DNA of 64,000 nucleotides from Rebecca billardiae RCC1528. Lineage: Eukaryota > Protista > Haptophyta. The notes beneath the pieces are model-generated. The model saw nothing but the letters and a program-made list of their open reading frames with translations, ran no database searches and was not told the DNA's origin. This document shows, in pieces, positions 21,571 through 33,510 of this stretch. The stretch lies in assembly GCA_965240325.2 (NCBI GenBank), contig OZ251240.1, positions 496,001-560,000 of the forward strand, written 5' to 3'. Made by a program: the position numbers and the translations under genes. Positions within the stretch are counted from its first letter, which is position 1. Every line of letters begins with the position of its first letter.

Positions 21571-22200
21571 TTATTCTTCATCGTGATCGTCGTCGCCGTC
21601 GGCGCAGTCACCCGTCAGCGCCGCAGCTGATGTTGCTGCTGCCGCCGCCGCTGCCGCCGCCAATGGCAGCTGGAGCGCGGACCACTCGTTGCACTGCGGC
21701 TTGTGCAGCGTCCACGCGCTCCGCAGGTGCTCGCGGCAGCAGAAGCAGACCGCCACGTGGCACCGGCTGCACTTCTTGCACCCAGGGCCGGTCTTGGCAC
21801 ACACGAGGCAGCACGTGGACACCACCTCGATGTCCTCAGCGAACAGCTTCAGGATCGCACCTGGATCGACCGCCGAGCTGTCAAGCGCATGCCCACGGCG
21901 CAGCAGCCGTGCGCCCTCCTCCACGTCACGCTCCACGCCCGCCGCCTCAGATCCCTTCAGCAGCGTGATGCCGACATGCTCGTGCGCGTGGGGGCTGCCG
22001 CCATCAACCGCCCGTCGAAACCATTCCCAAGCCTGCTCAGCCGCGTTCTGTGCCACGCCGTTGCCGTGCCAGAGGCGCATGGCCAGATTACCCTGCGCAT
22101 GAGCACAGCCCTGCTCGGCCGTCGGCCGGTACCAGCGCACTGCCTCGGCCGAATCCTGCTACAGTGCCCGCCGCACCATCAGGCATATCACTCGCCGAGT
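21571..22200 (-). pseudogene. 5'-truncated, decayed SEL1-repeat + MYND zinc-finger gene (paralogue of 42226-43617)
   Basis: Shares AGVERDVEEGARLLRR and CC..C..TG.G.KKC.RCHVAV.C.REHLRS.W..HKP.C..W with the intact gene. In-frame TAG at 22161-22159 where the paralogue has CAG (VQQD). Further upstream, LGE*YA* corresponds to LGQCYAR. No upstream start. Confidence 0.7.
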
Positions 22201-22615
22201 GCTAAACGCAGAGCGGCTCATCCGCACTCCACGGGTCGACACTAGGCGGGCGCCTCAGCCGTCCGTGTGCACTGGCCACTTCGAGTGACTTCGGGCTCGG
22301 GCCTCGCGGCGTACGCCGGCCTCGGCCGCTGGCTGCGTGGGAGTGGCGGCGGTGACGCGGCGCGCGGCCGCGCCGTCGGAGCCGCCGCGCCGCCGCGGCC
22401 GCGCGCTCCGCCGTCCCGCGGCCGCCGCTGCCGGCGCTCGGCGTGGGCGGCCCGCCCTGACCGCCGCCCAGCTCGGACGCGTGCCGCGTGCCCAAGGGGA
22501 CCCCTTGGCGTGCCGCGCCCCGAGCGCCGCCGCCCGTGGCCGAGGGCGCCGCGCGGGCGGCGGCGCTCCCCGCAGGCCGAGCTGCCCTCCGCCCTGCGGC
22601 CGGGCGCCGCTCGGC

Positions 22616-25600
22616 TCATTCGCCGCCGCCCGCGCCGCGCGCGCCGCGCTCGCCGGGCGGCGGCGTGAGGGGTGCGCCCAGCGTGGGCGCGTGCTGCGAG
22701 TGCGCGGAGGAGGCGGCGGCGGCGTTGGCGCGCTGGCCGTGCGCGCTATCGCACGCCGCGCCGGCCGCGGCCGCGCCTGCGCTGTGCGCGCGGTGCAGTG
22801 CCTCGACGGGCGGCAGCGGCGGCGGCGCGTCGGCCGCGTCCGCGCGCGCCCCCGCGCGCGCGCCGGCCGAGCGCGCCGGGCTGAGAGGCGGCGAGTCCTC
22901 GCGCCCGCCGCTGCGTCGCGAGGCGCGCGCGGACGGCGGCGCGTCTGGGTCGGCGCGGCTGCGCTCGCGCGAGACGGCGAGCCGCCCGAAGAGGCGCATC
23001 CGGCGCAGCGCGCGCGTGTCCGTCGCGCTGCGCCGCAGCCCCGCGCCCGCGCCGCGCGCCGCCCCCTCCGAGTCGGTCTCAGACAGCCGCGAGCTGAGCA
23101 TCCGAAAGATCGGGCGCTCGTCGAGGGCGCCGTTGGCCGCGGCCGCGGCGGCGGCGGAGGGGATGGGCCCGGGGCCGCCAAAGTCGGCGGCGCGGCCGCG
23201 CGGCGCGACGCGCGGGGCGCCGCCCATCGTGACGAGCGTGCCGCGCCGCGCGTGCACCGCGCCGCGCGCGCGCGCCGCCGCCCGCCGCCGCCCGCCCGTC
23301 CGCGGCGGACTGTGCGCTCCGGCGCGCGTGCCGCTCTCCGCTCCGCCCGCGCCGGCGCCCCCCCCCGGCGAGGGCAGCAGGGAGAGATCGTTCCAGCGCG
23401 CGCGCTTCGCGCCCTCGTTGCTCGCCCACATGCACAGCGCGACGGTGGGCAGCCACGCCAGCAGCGAGCCCAGCTCGAGCTCCAGCCCCGACACGCCGAG
23501 CTCGGCGAGCACGCGCTGCCCCAGCAGGTAGTGCAGCAGAGAGACGGTGAAGGTGCCAAACACGACCGCGCGGCAGACGACGAGGAACCGGCACGTGCCC
23601 GGCCGGACGAACGGCTGGAAGGCGAAGGTGGAGCCGAAGAGCACCAGCGCGGACAGCAGCCAGATCGTGAGCGACACCTCCCGCCTCTCGGTGAACACGA
23701 CGGAGCCGAAGAAGAAGGCGAGGATCGAGACCTGCCGGCAGATGACAAACTTGCCGCCCGTGTGCGGGTGGCGCGTGAACACGCCGCCCAGCGTCACCTT
23801 GGTCGGGCGCCAGTCGTGCAGGAAGAGCTGCGCCAGCTTCACGCGCGAGGACGGCATCACGGCCTCCAGCTCCGTCATCTGAGTCAGGTCGTTGAAGGCG
23901 GCCTAAGCAAGCGCGGGGACGCGAGCGGCGGCGATGGCGGTGGCGGTGGCGGTGGCGGTGGCGGTGGCGGTGGCGGTGGCGGTGGCGGTGGCGGTGGCGG
24001 TGGCGGTGGCGGTGGCGGTGGCGGTGGCGGTGGCGGTGGCGGTGGCGGTGGCGGTGGCGGTGGCGGTGGCGGTGGCGGTGGCGGTGGCGATGGCGATGGC
24101 GGTGGCGGTGGCGGTGGCGGTGGCGGCGGCGGCGGCGGCGGCGGTGGCGGGCGGCAGCAGCGGGCGGCGGCGCGCGCGCGCGCACGCGGCAGCAGCGGGC
24201 GTGCGACACAAGTGAGCGCCGCGCGCGCCCGCGCAACGGAGGGGCGCGTACGCGCGCGCGCGCCCGGCGGTGTGCGCGCGCGCGCACCGCCAGCCTGAAC
24301 ACCACGAGCAGATAGAGCGGCAGCACGAGGGCGGTGGTGGCGGCAAACCAGCGGTGCGCGCCCGCCCAGCAGTGGGAGGCCGGGTCCACGTCCCAGCGCA
24401 TGCCCGCCACGCCGCCCTCCACCGCCCACGGCAGGCCGGAGCAGTCGAGCACCTGCAGGAAGACCTGCGCGGCGCGCGGGCGCGCGCGGAGGGCGTGCCG
24501 CGCGTCAGCGCCGCGCGCTCGGCGCCGCGCTCGGCGCCCCGGCCGCGCGGCCGCGCCGCGCGCGCGCGCGCCGGCCGCGCGCCGCGCGCTCGCCTGGCAG
24601 GTGGGCAGGAAGAAGGCGGTGCACAGCCCGATCGTGCCGTACGTGAGCGCGCGCTCGCAGAACTTGAGCCAGCGCCCGCGCGCCGTCTTGTACAGCACGC
24701 GCGTCCGCCCCTGGTTGTCAAAGTCAGTCAGGTACTCCACCTCGACGCCGCGCAGCGCGTACTCGGTGCGCTCGTGCAGCCGGCCGACGACGATGGCGAT
24801 GGTGAGGAGGGCGAGGAGGAGGGCGGAGGCGTAGGTGTACGTGAACGTGTCGGCGGAGAGCAGCGCGTCGACCACGAACTCGAACGACGTGATCCGCACC
24901 GCCACGCCCAGCGAGCGCAGCCGCGCCCACATGCCCGTCTCCGTGAACATGAAGCCGACCGTCTGCACCGAGAGCACCGGCCCGTCCATCATCGCGGTCA
25001 GCACGATCGGCAGCCGCAGGTGGGTGAACTTGACGGCGGCGGAGAGCGGCGTGACCGCCACCTCGAAGCGCGCGGCGGACGCGTCGGCGAACGCGGACGA
25101 GCCGCCGCCGTGCCCGCTGCCGCCGCCCGACGCCGCGGCGGCCGCGGCCGCGGCGGCCGCGCCCGCCGCGGCCGCGGCCGCGGCCGTGCCGCCGCCCGCC
25201 GACGACGTCGCGGCCGACGCGGCCGACGCGGCCACGGCGATCGTGGCGGAGGCGGCGGCGGCGGCGGCGGCCTCCGCGCCCTCGATCTGGTCGTCCGTGA
25301 TCACCACGTCCCACAGCATCACCTGCGTGTCGAAGTGCCCCGTGGCGACGCGCGTGCGCGACGCGCCCGTGCCGCGCGCGTGCACCCACGAGTACTTGCG
25401 CTCGGCAGAGTCGACGCGCACGGACAGCTGCTCGTCCGCGCCGAGGCCGCTCGGCGCCGTGAGCGCGGCGCGCACGGGCGAGCCGCCCGAGGAGCTGCGC
25501 AGGCTGCCCCGCCGCGAGCTCAGCGAGAGCGAGGCGGCGGTCGCGGCGGCGGCGGCGACGGAGACGCCGCCGCCGCCGCCGCCGCCGCTCGCGCCCGCGC

Positions 25601-28600
25601 CGCCGCCCGCCGCGCCCGCCGCGCGCGCCGCGTGCTGCGGCACACACAGCGCGCCGTCCGCCGCCGCCGCCACCGCGGGCGCGTGCTGCTGCTGCTGCCG
25701 CTGCAGCTGCGCTCGCCGTTCCGACTGCGGCGACGGCTGCGGCGACGCGGCCGCCGTCACCGCGGCCGCAGCCTCCTCCGCCGACGCGGCGCTGTGCGCG
25801 CACGACGCGCGCCGTGCGCGCACGTCCGACGCAACCGAGCGCGCGGGCGAGAGCGGCGGCGGCTCGAGGCTCAGCGCGGGCACGCCGCCGCCCACGCCGA
25901 GCGCGCTCGCGCCCGCCGCGGCCGCCGCGCCGCGGCGCCCCGCGCCGCGAAACGGCATGATGCGGCAGAACGTCACGGCCGAGTGCGACTCGAGCTTCTG
26001 CAGCACGACGGGCGGCGCCACCAGCCACACAAGAATGAAGCCGTCATTTGAGCCCGAGAACAGAAGGCGGCGCGGCGGCGGCGCGGGCGCGGACGGGTCG
26101 GCGCGCGGGTCGGCGCGCGCCGAGCCGTGCGCGCCGCGCGTGCGCGCGCGGCCCAGCCCGCCCGCGGGCGCGCCGCCGAGCTCGGCGGCGGACGCGGCGG
26201 GGTGCAGCCCGACGCAGACGGAGGTGACCTTGTCGTCATGCCCCACGTACGTCTGCAGCAGCTCGCCCGTCGAGGCGCGCCACCGGCGGATCGTCTTGTC
26301 GTTGCCGCCGCTGAAGAGCTCGTCCTCGCACCAGCCGCTCGGCTGCGCGAGCGCGCGCACCCAGCGCTCCTTGGGGTCGGCGCCGGCGTGCGCGGGCGCG
26401 GGCGGCGGCACGCTCGGCCCCGGCGCGGGCGGCGGGACGGGCGCGCCGTACGGCGCGCCGTGGCCGAGCATGCACAGACTCGGCCGCACGACGATCGCCC
26501 TCGCGCCCGCGATCGCGCGCGCCACCGCAAACTTGAGCACCCGCCCGTCGTTCGCGGCGGAGAAGAGGAAGCGGCCGTCCCGGCTGGTCGCGAGCGCGCG
26601 CACCCACGCGCCGTGCCCCTCATACAGCGCGCTCACCGAGCCGAAGAGGACGTCCCACTGCAGCACGGCATTGGGCCCGCCGGCCGCGTCGTTGGGCTGA
26701 GAGCCGCCCGCCGAGAAGACAGTCTGACCGTCCGCGCCCACGTGCACGACGCTCACCTGCGCCGGGTGCGCGTGCGCGTCGTCGCGCAGCTGCTGCACGC
26801 CCACGCCGCCTCCGCTCTCCGGCAGCAGCTGCCCCTCCTTGTCCGCCACGCTCCAGATCTCGATGTGCCCCGAGTCGAGGCCGACATACGTGCAGCCAAG
26901 TCGCTCGTCGACCGCGAGCGTTACGACGCGCGTGCGCTCCGGCGGCGGCGGCAGCCGTGCGAGCGCGCGCAGCCGCTCGCGCGGCCCGCCGCCGCGCGGC
27001 GCGCCGGCGGCGCCCGCGCCGAGCGCGCTGACCGCGCCCGCCGCGATCGACGCGGACGGCGGCTTGCACACGTGCTCGCGCAGGCAGGTGCCGGTGGAGA
27101 CATCCCACAGCCGCACGGTGCCGTCAAAGGAGCCAGACACGATGCACTCGCGCCCGCGCAGCATGTACGCGCTGCCGCACATCACCCACCCCGTGTGCCC
27201 CTGCCAGACGGAGCGCGCCGCCGCCGCCGCGCCGCGCGGCACCGAGCCGACCCGCTCCGCGAGCCAGTGCAGCGCGGAGCGCGGCCGGAGCACCGCGACG
27301 AAGACGGCGCGCATCAGCTCGGCGACAAGCGCGGCGGGCACGACGTGCGTCGCTTGCGTGAAGAGGAAGATGGGAGCGCCCGCGCCCTCCACCAGCGCCT
27401 CGTCGAAGGCGAAGAGCCCCTGCTCCGGGTCGTCCGCGTCGCTGAGCGCCGCGAGCAGCGCGACCGCGTCGTACGGCTTCACCGTGCCGTTGAGCACGCG
27501 CCAGATCTGGAAGGACTCGGGCAGCGCGTCGAAGCGCTGCGCCTCAAACTGCGCGGCGGTGACGCCGCAGAAGGTCGTGAAGAACCACTGCTTCGACCGG
27601 CTCTCGCCGCGGCACACGCGCCGCCACAGCCCGACGAGCGCCAGCTCCTGCGCGCTCCACAGGTACCGCAGCAGAGGGTCGTGCGGGTACGCGTCCGCCA
27701 GCTCCTTGGTCAGCTGCATCGGCACGTCGCAGATCGCCAGCCGCGAGACCACGCGCAGCGGGATGCGCGACGCGAGCGCCCACGCGTACACCGCCGACGC
27801 CGCGAGCGGGTCGTCCACGTTGTTCGCCGCCGAGTCCGGCACCAGCCGCAGCGTCGGCTCGCGGCGCGAGCGCGCGCCGCTGCCGCCGCCCGCGCGGCCG
27901 CCCGCGCCGCCGCCGCTGCCGCGGCTGCCGCCGTCGCCGCCGCCGCCGCCGCCGCCGCCGTGCGGCGCCACCTGCTCGGGGGCGGCGCACGTTCGGAACG
28001 GGTTGAAGTTGAGCGCCGCGCTCGTGCGCTGCCGCGAGCGCTGCACCCACGTCGGCGTGCCGCCAGGGCTCGGCGTCGCGCTCGGCGCCGCCGACGCGCC
28101 GGACGAGCCCGCAGCCGCGCCGCCGCCGCCCGCGCGCGCCCACGGCGGCAGGTCGGCCTCGTGCGCGCGCGCGCGCCAGAGCTCGAGCGAAGGCGTGAGC
28201 GCGCGCGGCTTGGGCGTGGCGCGCGTGCTGCGCGGCTGCCGCGGCTCGGCCGGGCCGTCCGCGGCCCCAGCCGCGCCGCCGCCCGCGCCGCCGCCCGCGC
28301 CGCCGCCGCCGCCGCCGCCCACCGCGCGCGGCGCGCGCAGCCCAGACTGCCTCGCGCCGCCGCGCGCCACCCGTTGGCGCGTCGGCTGCTGCAGCGCGGC
28401 CGGTCGGCTCGGCGCGGGCCCTGTCGGCGAGGCGGAGACCGCGCGCGCGACCGGCGGCGGCGACGGCGCGCCGCTCGGCGGCACCGTGCCGCAGCTGGCG
28501 CGCCGCTCGTCGCGCGAGCCCCGCCTGCGCCCCCCTTGCCTCTCTCGCTCCTCCGTCCGGAGGCGCCTGCGCCTTGCGCCGCCGCCGTCCGCGCCGCCGT

Positions 28601-29753
28601 CGTCCGCGCCGCCGTCGCCGCCGCCGCCGCCGCCGCGCGCGGGCAGCCGCGGCGGCGCGAGCTGCGGCACGACCGGGGACGCAGTGTGCGGCGCGTGCGG
28701 CGCGCCCTGCCGCCGCGTGAGCTCGCGCGGCGCCTCCTGCGCCGCGACCGGCGACGCGTTGTGCGTCGCGCGCGGCGGCGCTCCGTCCAGCACGACGGTG
28801 CCGGCCTCTGACGTCTCAGACGAGCGGCGCGGGCGCGAGGAGGCGGAGGCTTCGGAGTCGTGGCCCGCGTCGAAGCTGCCGCCACCCTCGGCGGCGGCGC
28901 CGCTCGCGCGGCCGCTGCCCCCGCCGCCATCCCCCGCACGGCCGCTGCCGCCGCCCCCACCACTCGCACGGCCACTGCCGCCGCCGCCGCCGCCGCCGGG
29001 ACCGGCGCCACCGGCAGCGGCCGCGCCAGCGCGCGCGGGCGGCGCTGCAGACGCGTCGGCAGCCGGCGCGTCCTCGTCCTCCCAGACGGCCTCGCAGCCG
29101 CCCATGATGGTGAGCAGCCCGACCGCACGCGCGAGCAGCGCGCCGTTCGCCGACTTGAGGAAGCTCGCCACGTCGGTGAGCGCGGACAGGCAGACGAGCG
29201 TGAGCGAGCGCGGCCGCGCCCTGCGCAGCGTGCGCAGCAGCAGATCGGCGCCGTCCTCGAGCTCGGACTGGCGCACCTTGGTGAAGCCGGGGAAGGCGTA
29301 CTCGTGCGGCTGCGGCGCGTACTGCTTCGCGGTCGGCTCGCCCACGCCCACCGGAATGTCCGGCAGCCGCATGTGCAGCAGGATTGCGCGCGCGAGCGCG
29401 GCGCGGTTGCTCGCCTCGGCGCGCGTGCCGCCGCCGTTGCAGATGACGGCCTCGAGCTCGGCGCGGCCCTCCGAGTGGAGCTGCGCGGCGATGAGTAGCG
29501 CGGCGAGCGCCCCCGGATTCGGCCCCGGCGCGAAGATCAGCACAATCCTGCGGTGCTTCAGGTAGCTGCCCCAGCGCTCGCCCGCTAGCCGCTCGACCGG
29601 CCGCCAGCGCGGGCGCCAGTCGGCGAGCGCAGGGGCGCCCACCGCGGCACCGGCCCGTGAGACGCCCGCCTGAAGAGTCGCCGTGCGCGCCGCGCGCACT
29701 GGCGTGGCGGTGTGCGCCTGCGCGGGCTCGCCCGTGCCAACCGCCTCGAGCAT
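22616..29753 (-). CDS. Nucleoside-hydrolase-like domain (degenerate active site) + WD40 repeats + C-terminal multi-pass TM region; exons 29753-24594, 24464-24288, 23902-22616 (~2,200 aa)
   Basis: NH fold elements IPVGVG, GADLL, LTLVCLSALTDVA, LTIMGG, PDSAANN.DD..A..V, PYDAVALL. WD40 motifs GHTGWVMC..IVSGSFDGTVRLWD, GHGAWVRAL..LFSAANDG, LFSGGNDKTIRRW, GHDDKVTSV, LFSGSNDGFILVW. Introns 24465-24593 (GC-AG) and 23903-24287 (GT-AG) join the TM-rich segments in frame. Confidence 0.78.
23930..24150. repeat. (TGGCGG)n hexanucleotide microsatellite inside an intron
   Basis: About 25 perfect TGGCGG units at 23935-24084, then TGGCGA/TGGCGG/CGG variants to ~24150. Confidence 0.95.
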
Positions 29754-30114
29754 ATCACGCCCTCGTCACTCCCAACCCCCCGCCCTCGCCGCAGAAATTA
29801 TGGCGGTGACGGCGCTCCGCCTGGCCAGAATGAGCGAGAGTGCCCGAGACTCGCTCAAAGGGGGTACCGAACGAGGCGCGGAATCACTATGCCGAAGTAC
29901 GCAATCCGTTGATTTCGGCGAGTTTGTGAAGTTTTACTCACATTCTGGCCGGTGATTTGCACTCTACTGTGTATACAAAGTAGAAACCCAAGTAGAAATG
30001 TGGTCTCGCAAGATCACATTCAACATCGTCCACTTTGCACTTCTTTTCCGGTTCGGAGGCCACTGTCGTCGCCGGCAGGGGTCGGCCAGGACCGGACCAG
30101 CGCCGCCCCGCCTC

Positions 30115-31185
30115 ATGTCAGTGCGCAAGCGACGGGCCCGCCCCAGCATGACCATCATGCCGAGGAGAGCACCGGGCCGGGCGCTTGGGCGATTGCTGGC
30201 GCTGCTCGCGGTGGGGGGCGCATCTGCTGCCCCGCGGTGTGGCTTCGGTCGCGACTGCCCGCGCACGTACTCCCTGTTGGAGGTGAATCGGTCCGCCCTC
30301 GCAGGCGACTCGTTCAACGGCACGCGCGTCGTCTCTGCGGAGCAGCTGCGCAACATGTCCGCGTTCGCGGCGGCGATGTGCGCCGTGCGCAATGTGAAGA
30401 CGCAGCGCCACGGTGGCTGGTGCTACCCGCTGCCCGGTGCGCGTGGCAACGGCGGCGCCGTCCCGCTGCCGCGCGGCGGCGCCGTCTTCATGCCGCGCGA
30501 GCACGTGCTGCCCGACTCGCCGCTTGTCGCGCTGCTGCTCGAGCTGCTGCGCGTGGGGCGCACGCCCACCCTCTCGCTGAACGACTTTGGCGCCGGCGTC
30601 GGCCAGTACGGGATCGCGCTCACCGCGGCCGCCCCGGCCATCCAGTACCGCGGGTACGACGGCGGGGCCAACGTGGAGGCGGCCACGGCCGGCCGGCTGT
30701 CTTGGTTTGACCTCGCGCGGCCGCTCGCGCTGCCCAAGGCGGACTGGCTCATTTCGGTCGAGGTGGGCGAGCACGTGCCCAACATGTTCGAGGGCACGCT
30801 GGTGCGCAACCTCCACGCGCACAACTGCCGCGGGCTCATCCTCTCGTGGGCCGCGCTGCGGCAGCAGGGCTACCGCCACGTGAACTGCCACAGCGCCGCG
30901 TACGTGGTGAAGCTCTTCCAGGGGCTGGGGTACGAGTACGACACGCAGCTGACGGACCGCCTGCACAGGGGCGAGCTGCCGCCGGACTTTCGGTCGCCGT
31001 GGGTGCCCCCGGCCGCAGTGGCCGACTGGGCTGCCCGGAGGCACCACCTCTGGGCAGCACCGCAGTGGTACAACCGCTCGACCGGCATCGTGAACCTGCC
31101 GTGGCTGCGCAAGACGCTGCACGTCTTCCGCCGCGTCACGCCGCTGCGACATCCCGAGTGCACGCCTCCGGGAGCGGACGAGTGA
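30115..31185 (+). CDS. Secretory-pathway class I SAM-dependent methyltransferase-like protein
   Basis: Signal-like RLLALLAVGGASAAP; motif I LNDFGAGVGQYG; YRGYDGGAN; FDLA.P...ADWLISVEVGEHVP...E..LV.NL; LILSWA...QQGY.HVN. Start is ATG 30115, 30148 or 30157. Confidence 0.8.
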   Translation: MSVRKRRARPSMTIMPRRAPGRALGRLLALLAVGGASAAPRCGFGRDCPRTYSLLEVNRSALAGDSFNGTRVVSAEQLRNMSAFAAAMCAVRNVKTQRHGGWCYPLPGARGNGGAVPLPRGGAVFMPREHVLPDSPLVALLLELLRVGRTPTLSLNDFGAGVGQYGIALTAAAPAIQYRGYDGGANVEAATAGRLSWFDLARPLALPKADWLISVEVGEHVPNMFEGTLVRNLHAHNCRGLILSWAALRQQGYRHVNCHSAAYVVKLFQGLGYEYDTQLTDRLHRGELPPDFRSPWVPPAAVADWAARRHHLWAAPQWYNRSTGIVNLPWLRKTLHVFRRVTPLRHPECTPPGADE

Positions 31186-31420
31186 CGACCCGCGCGTCTC
31201 GTTGTCGCGTCTCGTTGACATCGTCGGCGTAAGTATGCGTGCCGTGAAATACTTACGACATATCTATATTGATCGACCTGATGCTTATCATACTACTACT
31301 ACTAAATTAATTTAATATAATATTATAATATATATATATATATAGTATACTTTCTGATTGTACGTATTATATATTAACGACGTGGTATGCAACGGGCAGG
31401 CGTCAGAGTCAGCAGGATTG

Positions 31421-33379
31421 AACTTTTCTGAGGATAGCGCACCAGCAATTTCCCTTGACCGCCATCCGGGCCGAAGTGGCGCAAAATGGCGGTTGCCCCG
31501 TTTGGGCGCCCTTCCGCGCCTTCGAGCGGCTCGTGCGCGTCGGGAAGTGCGCCGAAGCGTATCCGGAGCATGCTCCATCGACGCGTCGCACTGTTGGGCC
31601 CTCGCATGCGAGCCCATGCCGACGTCTGAGTGCGCCTCGCTGCGCACGGTACAGCTTGACGGTACACGGCACGATTGGGGCCGCGAGCAGCCTCGTGCGC
31701 GCGACCGAGCCAGAGGTGGTCGTCGAGAGTAGCACGATCGGCGGCACACGAGCGGGGCTGGTCGTTGCCGAATATCTGACGCACCAATCGACCTCGCCCA
31801 GCGCCATCTGCTCGTTTGTGCACGTGTTGGAAAGGATGAGCAGCTGCGTGCAAACGCCGAGCGCGCAGATGAGGCGTGGGCGAGCGAAGGGGCGGCGAGG
31901 GCCGGCGCGTGCGCGCGCGTAAATTCGAGCCTCCCCATACGCATCGAAACACACCGCGCTCGCTCGTCGAGCTGCGCACGGGTATCGGTGCGCGCGCGCC
32001 AACGCGGCGCGCCGTGAACGCGCCCGGCGAATGCACACCTGCTCGCGCGCGCACGCGCACGTGATGGACCGAGGAGGTCGCGCGAGCATGCGCGATGTGT
32101 CTGGATGGAGCGTGTAGGAGGTGTAGGCTGCGCTCCGCACGCGCTCCGCCACCGTGCACCGCACTGCCCCTCGTCCACGCGATCGCCGCCGAGCCCAGAT
32201 TCAAACGCGCGCGAGCCCGCGAGCGCATCTCCAAGCAGCGCTTGCAGCTATCGTGTCGAAGGCTTGGCGAGAGGCAGATGTGCATGGCAAGTAGCGCAAT
32301 GAGGGTGCCCATCACGCACACACACCCGCGCACGCTCGCCGCACCACCTCGTCGTGCCCACGTTCAGCGCGCGGGGCGCACTTTGCGCCTCGAGCAGCTG
32401 CCGAGCGGCTCCCGCGCGCGGCGCGCGCGGCGAGTAGAACTCAGCCAATGGTCCGAGGGCGAGCCGGCCGAGCGTCGTGCGTGACGCACATGGACCTGGT
32501 GCAACGCCGCGTACCACTCGCAGCCACCATCGCGCCCGTACCAGCGAGCTGTGGCCGCCGCCGACACCCCAAAGCAGCCCAGCCGTCAGCGCGCGACAGC
32601 CGACGAGCGCGCGACGCGCGCGTGCACCACCGTGATGAGCACGGATGAGCGCGCGCGCCCGTGTCATAGCTCAGGTGGGGTCCCCCGATCGCACGCACCA
32701 CCGCGCTGCCACGCCTTCGACCATCTTGTGTCACCACGCGGGCACACGCCGGGCAGGCGGCGGGGGCAGCCCGCTCGGCAAACGGTCAGCGCGCAGCGAG
32801 GATGGAGTCCGGCGAGGGGCGACCGGAGTGTCCGGCGCGACGGAGGTGGTCCACGCCGTGGTCGCCGACGCGATCCTCACCACCTCCGAGGCCGTGGTGG
32901 CCGCCCGGGAGAAGGAATGCTCCCAGTCGCACCCTTTGCAGTGCTCCTTTGCGCGTGCACGCAACGGCGAGGAGCGGAAGCGTTAGAGGGCACTTTTTGT
33001 GCAGTTCAGGCGTTCTTTCCCCAAAATGTAGAATGCGCGGAGAAGTGCCCTCTAACGATTTTCGTGTGCAGCCGTGCCGCGCGCGCGAGGAAGGCCACAT
33101 GCGGCTCCTTGCACATCTGCTGCAGATCGGCTCGTGCTCGGCGAGCGCGGCGAGGAGGAAGGTGCGCGCTCGCGATCTGGCGCACCTGGGAGACCTCGCG
33201 GCCTCCGAGCAGAAAGAGCGCGTCGAGCGCAACGCCGCAGGTCGCACGGTCGCGATCTCGCGAGAGCGGTGGTGCGAGGGCGGGCCTCGCCATCGCGCGT
33301 TTCTGCGTCCAAACGCGGCCTCCGTAAAATCCGGATGGCGGTCAAGGGATTTTGCTGGTGCGCTATCCTCAGAAAAGTT
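31421..33379. mobile_element. Non-autonomous DNA-transposon-like element with 49-bp terminal inverted repeats
   Basis: 31421-31469 (aacttttctgaggatagcgcaccagcaatttcccttgaccgccatccgg) is the reverse complement of 33331-33379 at 47/49 positions. TA-rich DNA on both flanks. No recognisable transposase or TSD. Confidence 0.75.
32981..33057. mobile_element. 77-bp MITE-like insert nested in the TIR element
   Basis: Perfect 15-bp inverted repeat cgttagagggcactt (32981-32995) / aagtgccctctaacg (33043-33057), around an interior that is more AT-rich than its surroundings. Confidence 0.6.
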
Positions 33380-33510
33380 TACACATATAATATATAATTA
33401 TATATACATAATGTACACGGCATGTGATGACCCGATAAATGCCGGGCTGTGGTGAATAAGTGTGAGTCTCAGACACTCAGTCTTATTAGTTACCAGTGTC
33501 AGTGTCAGTG

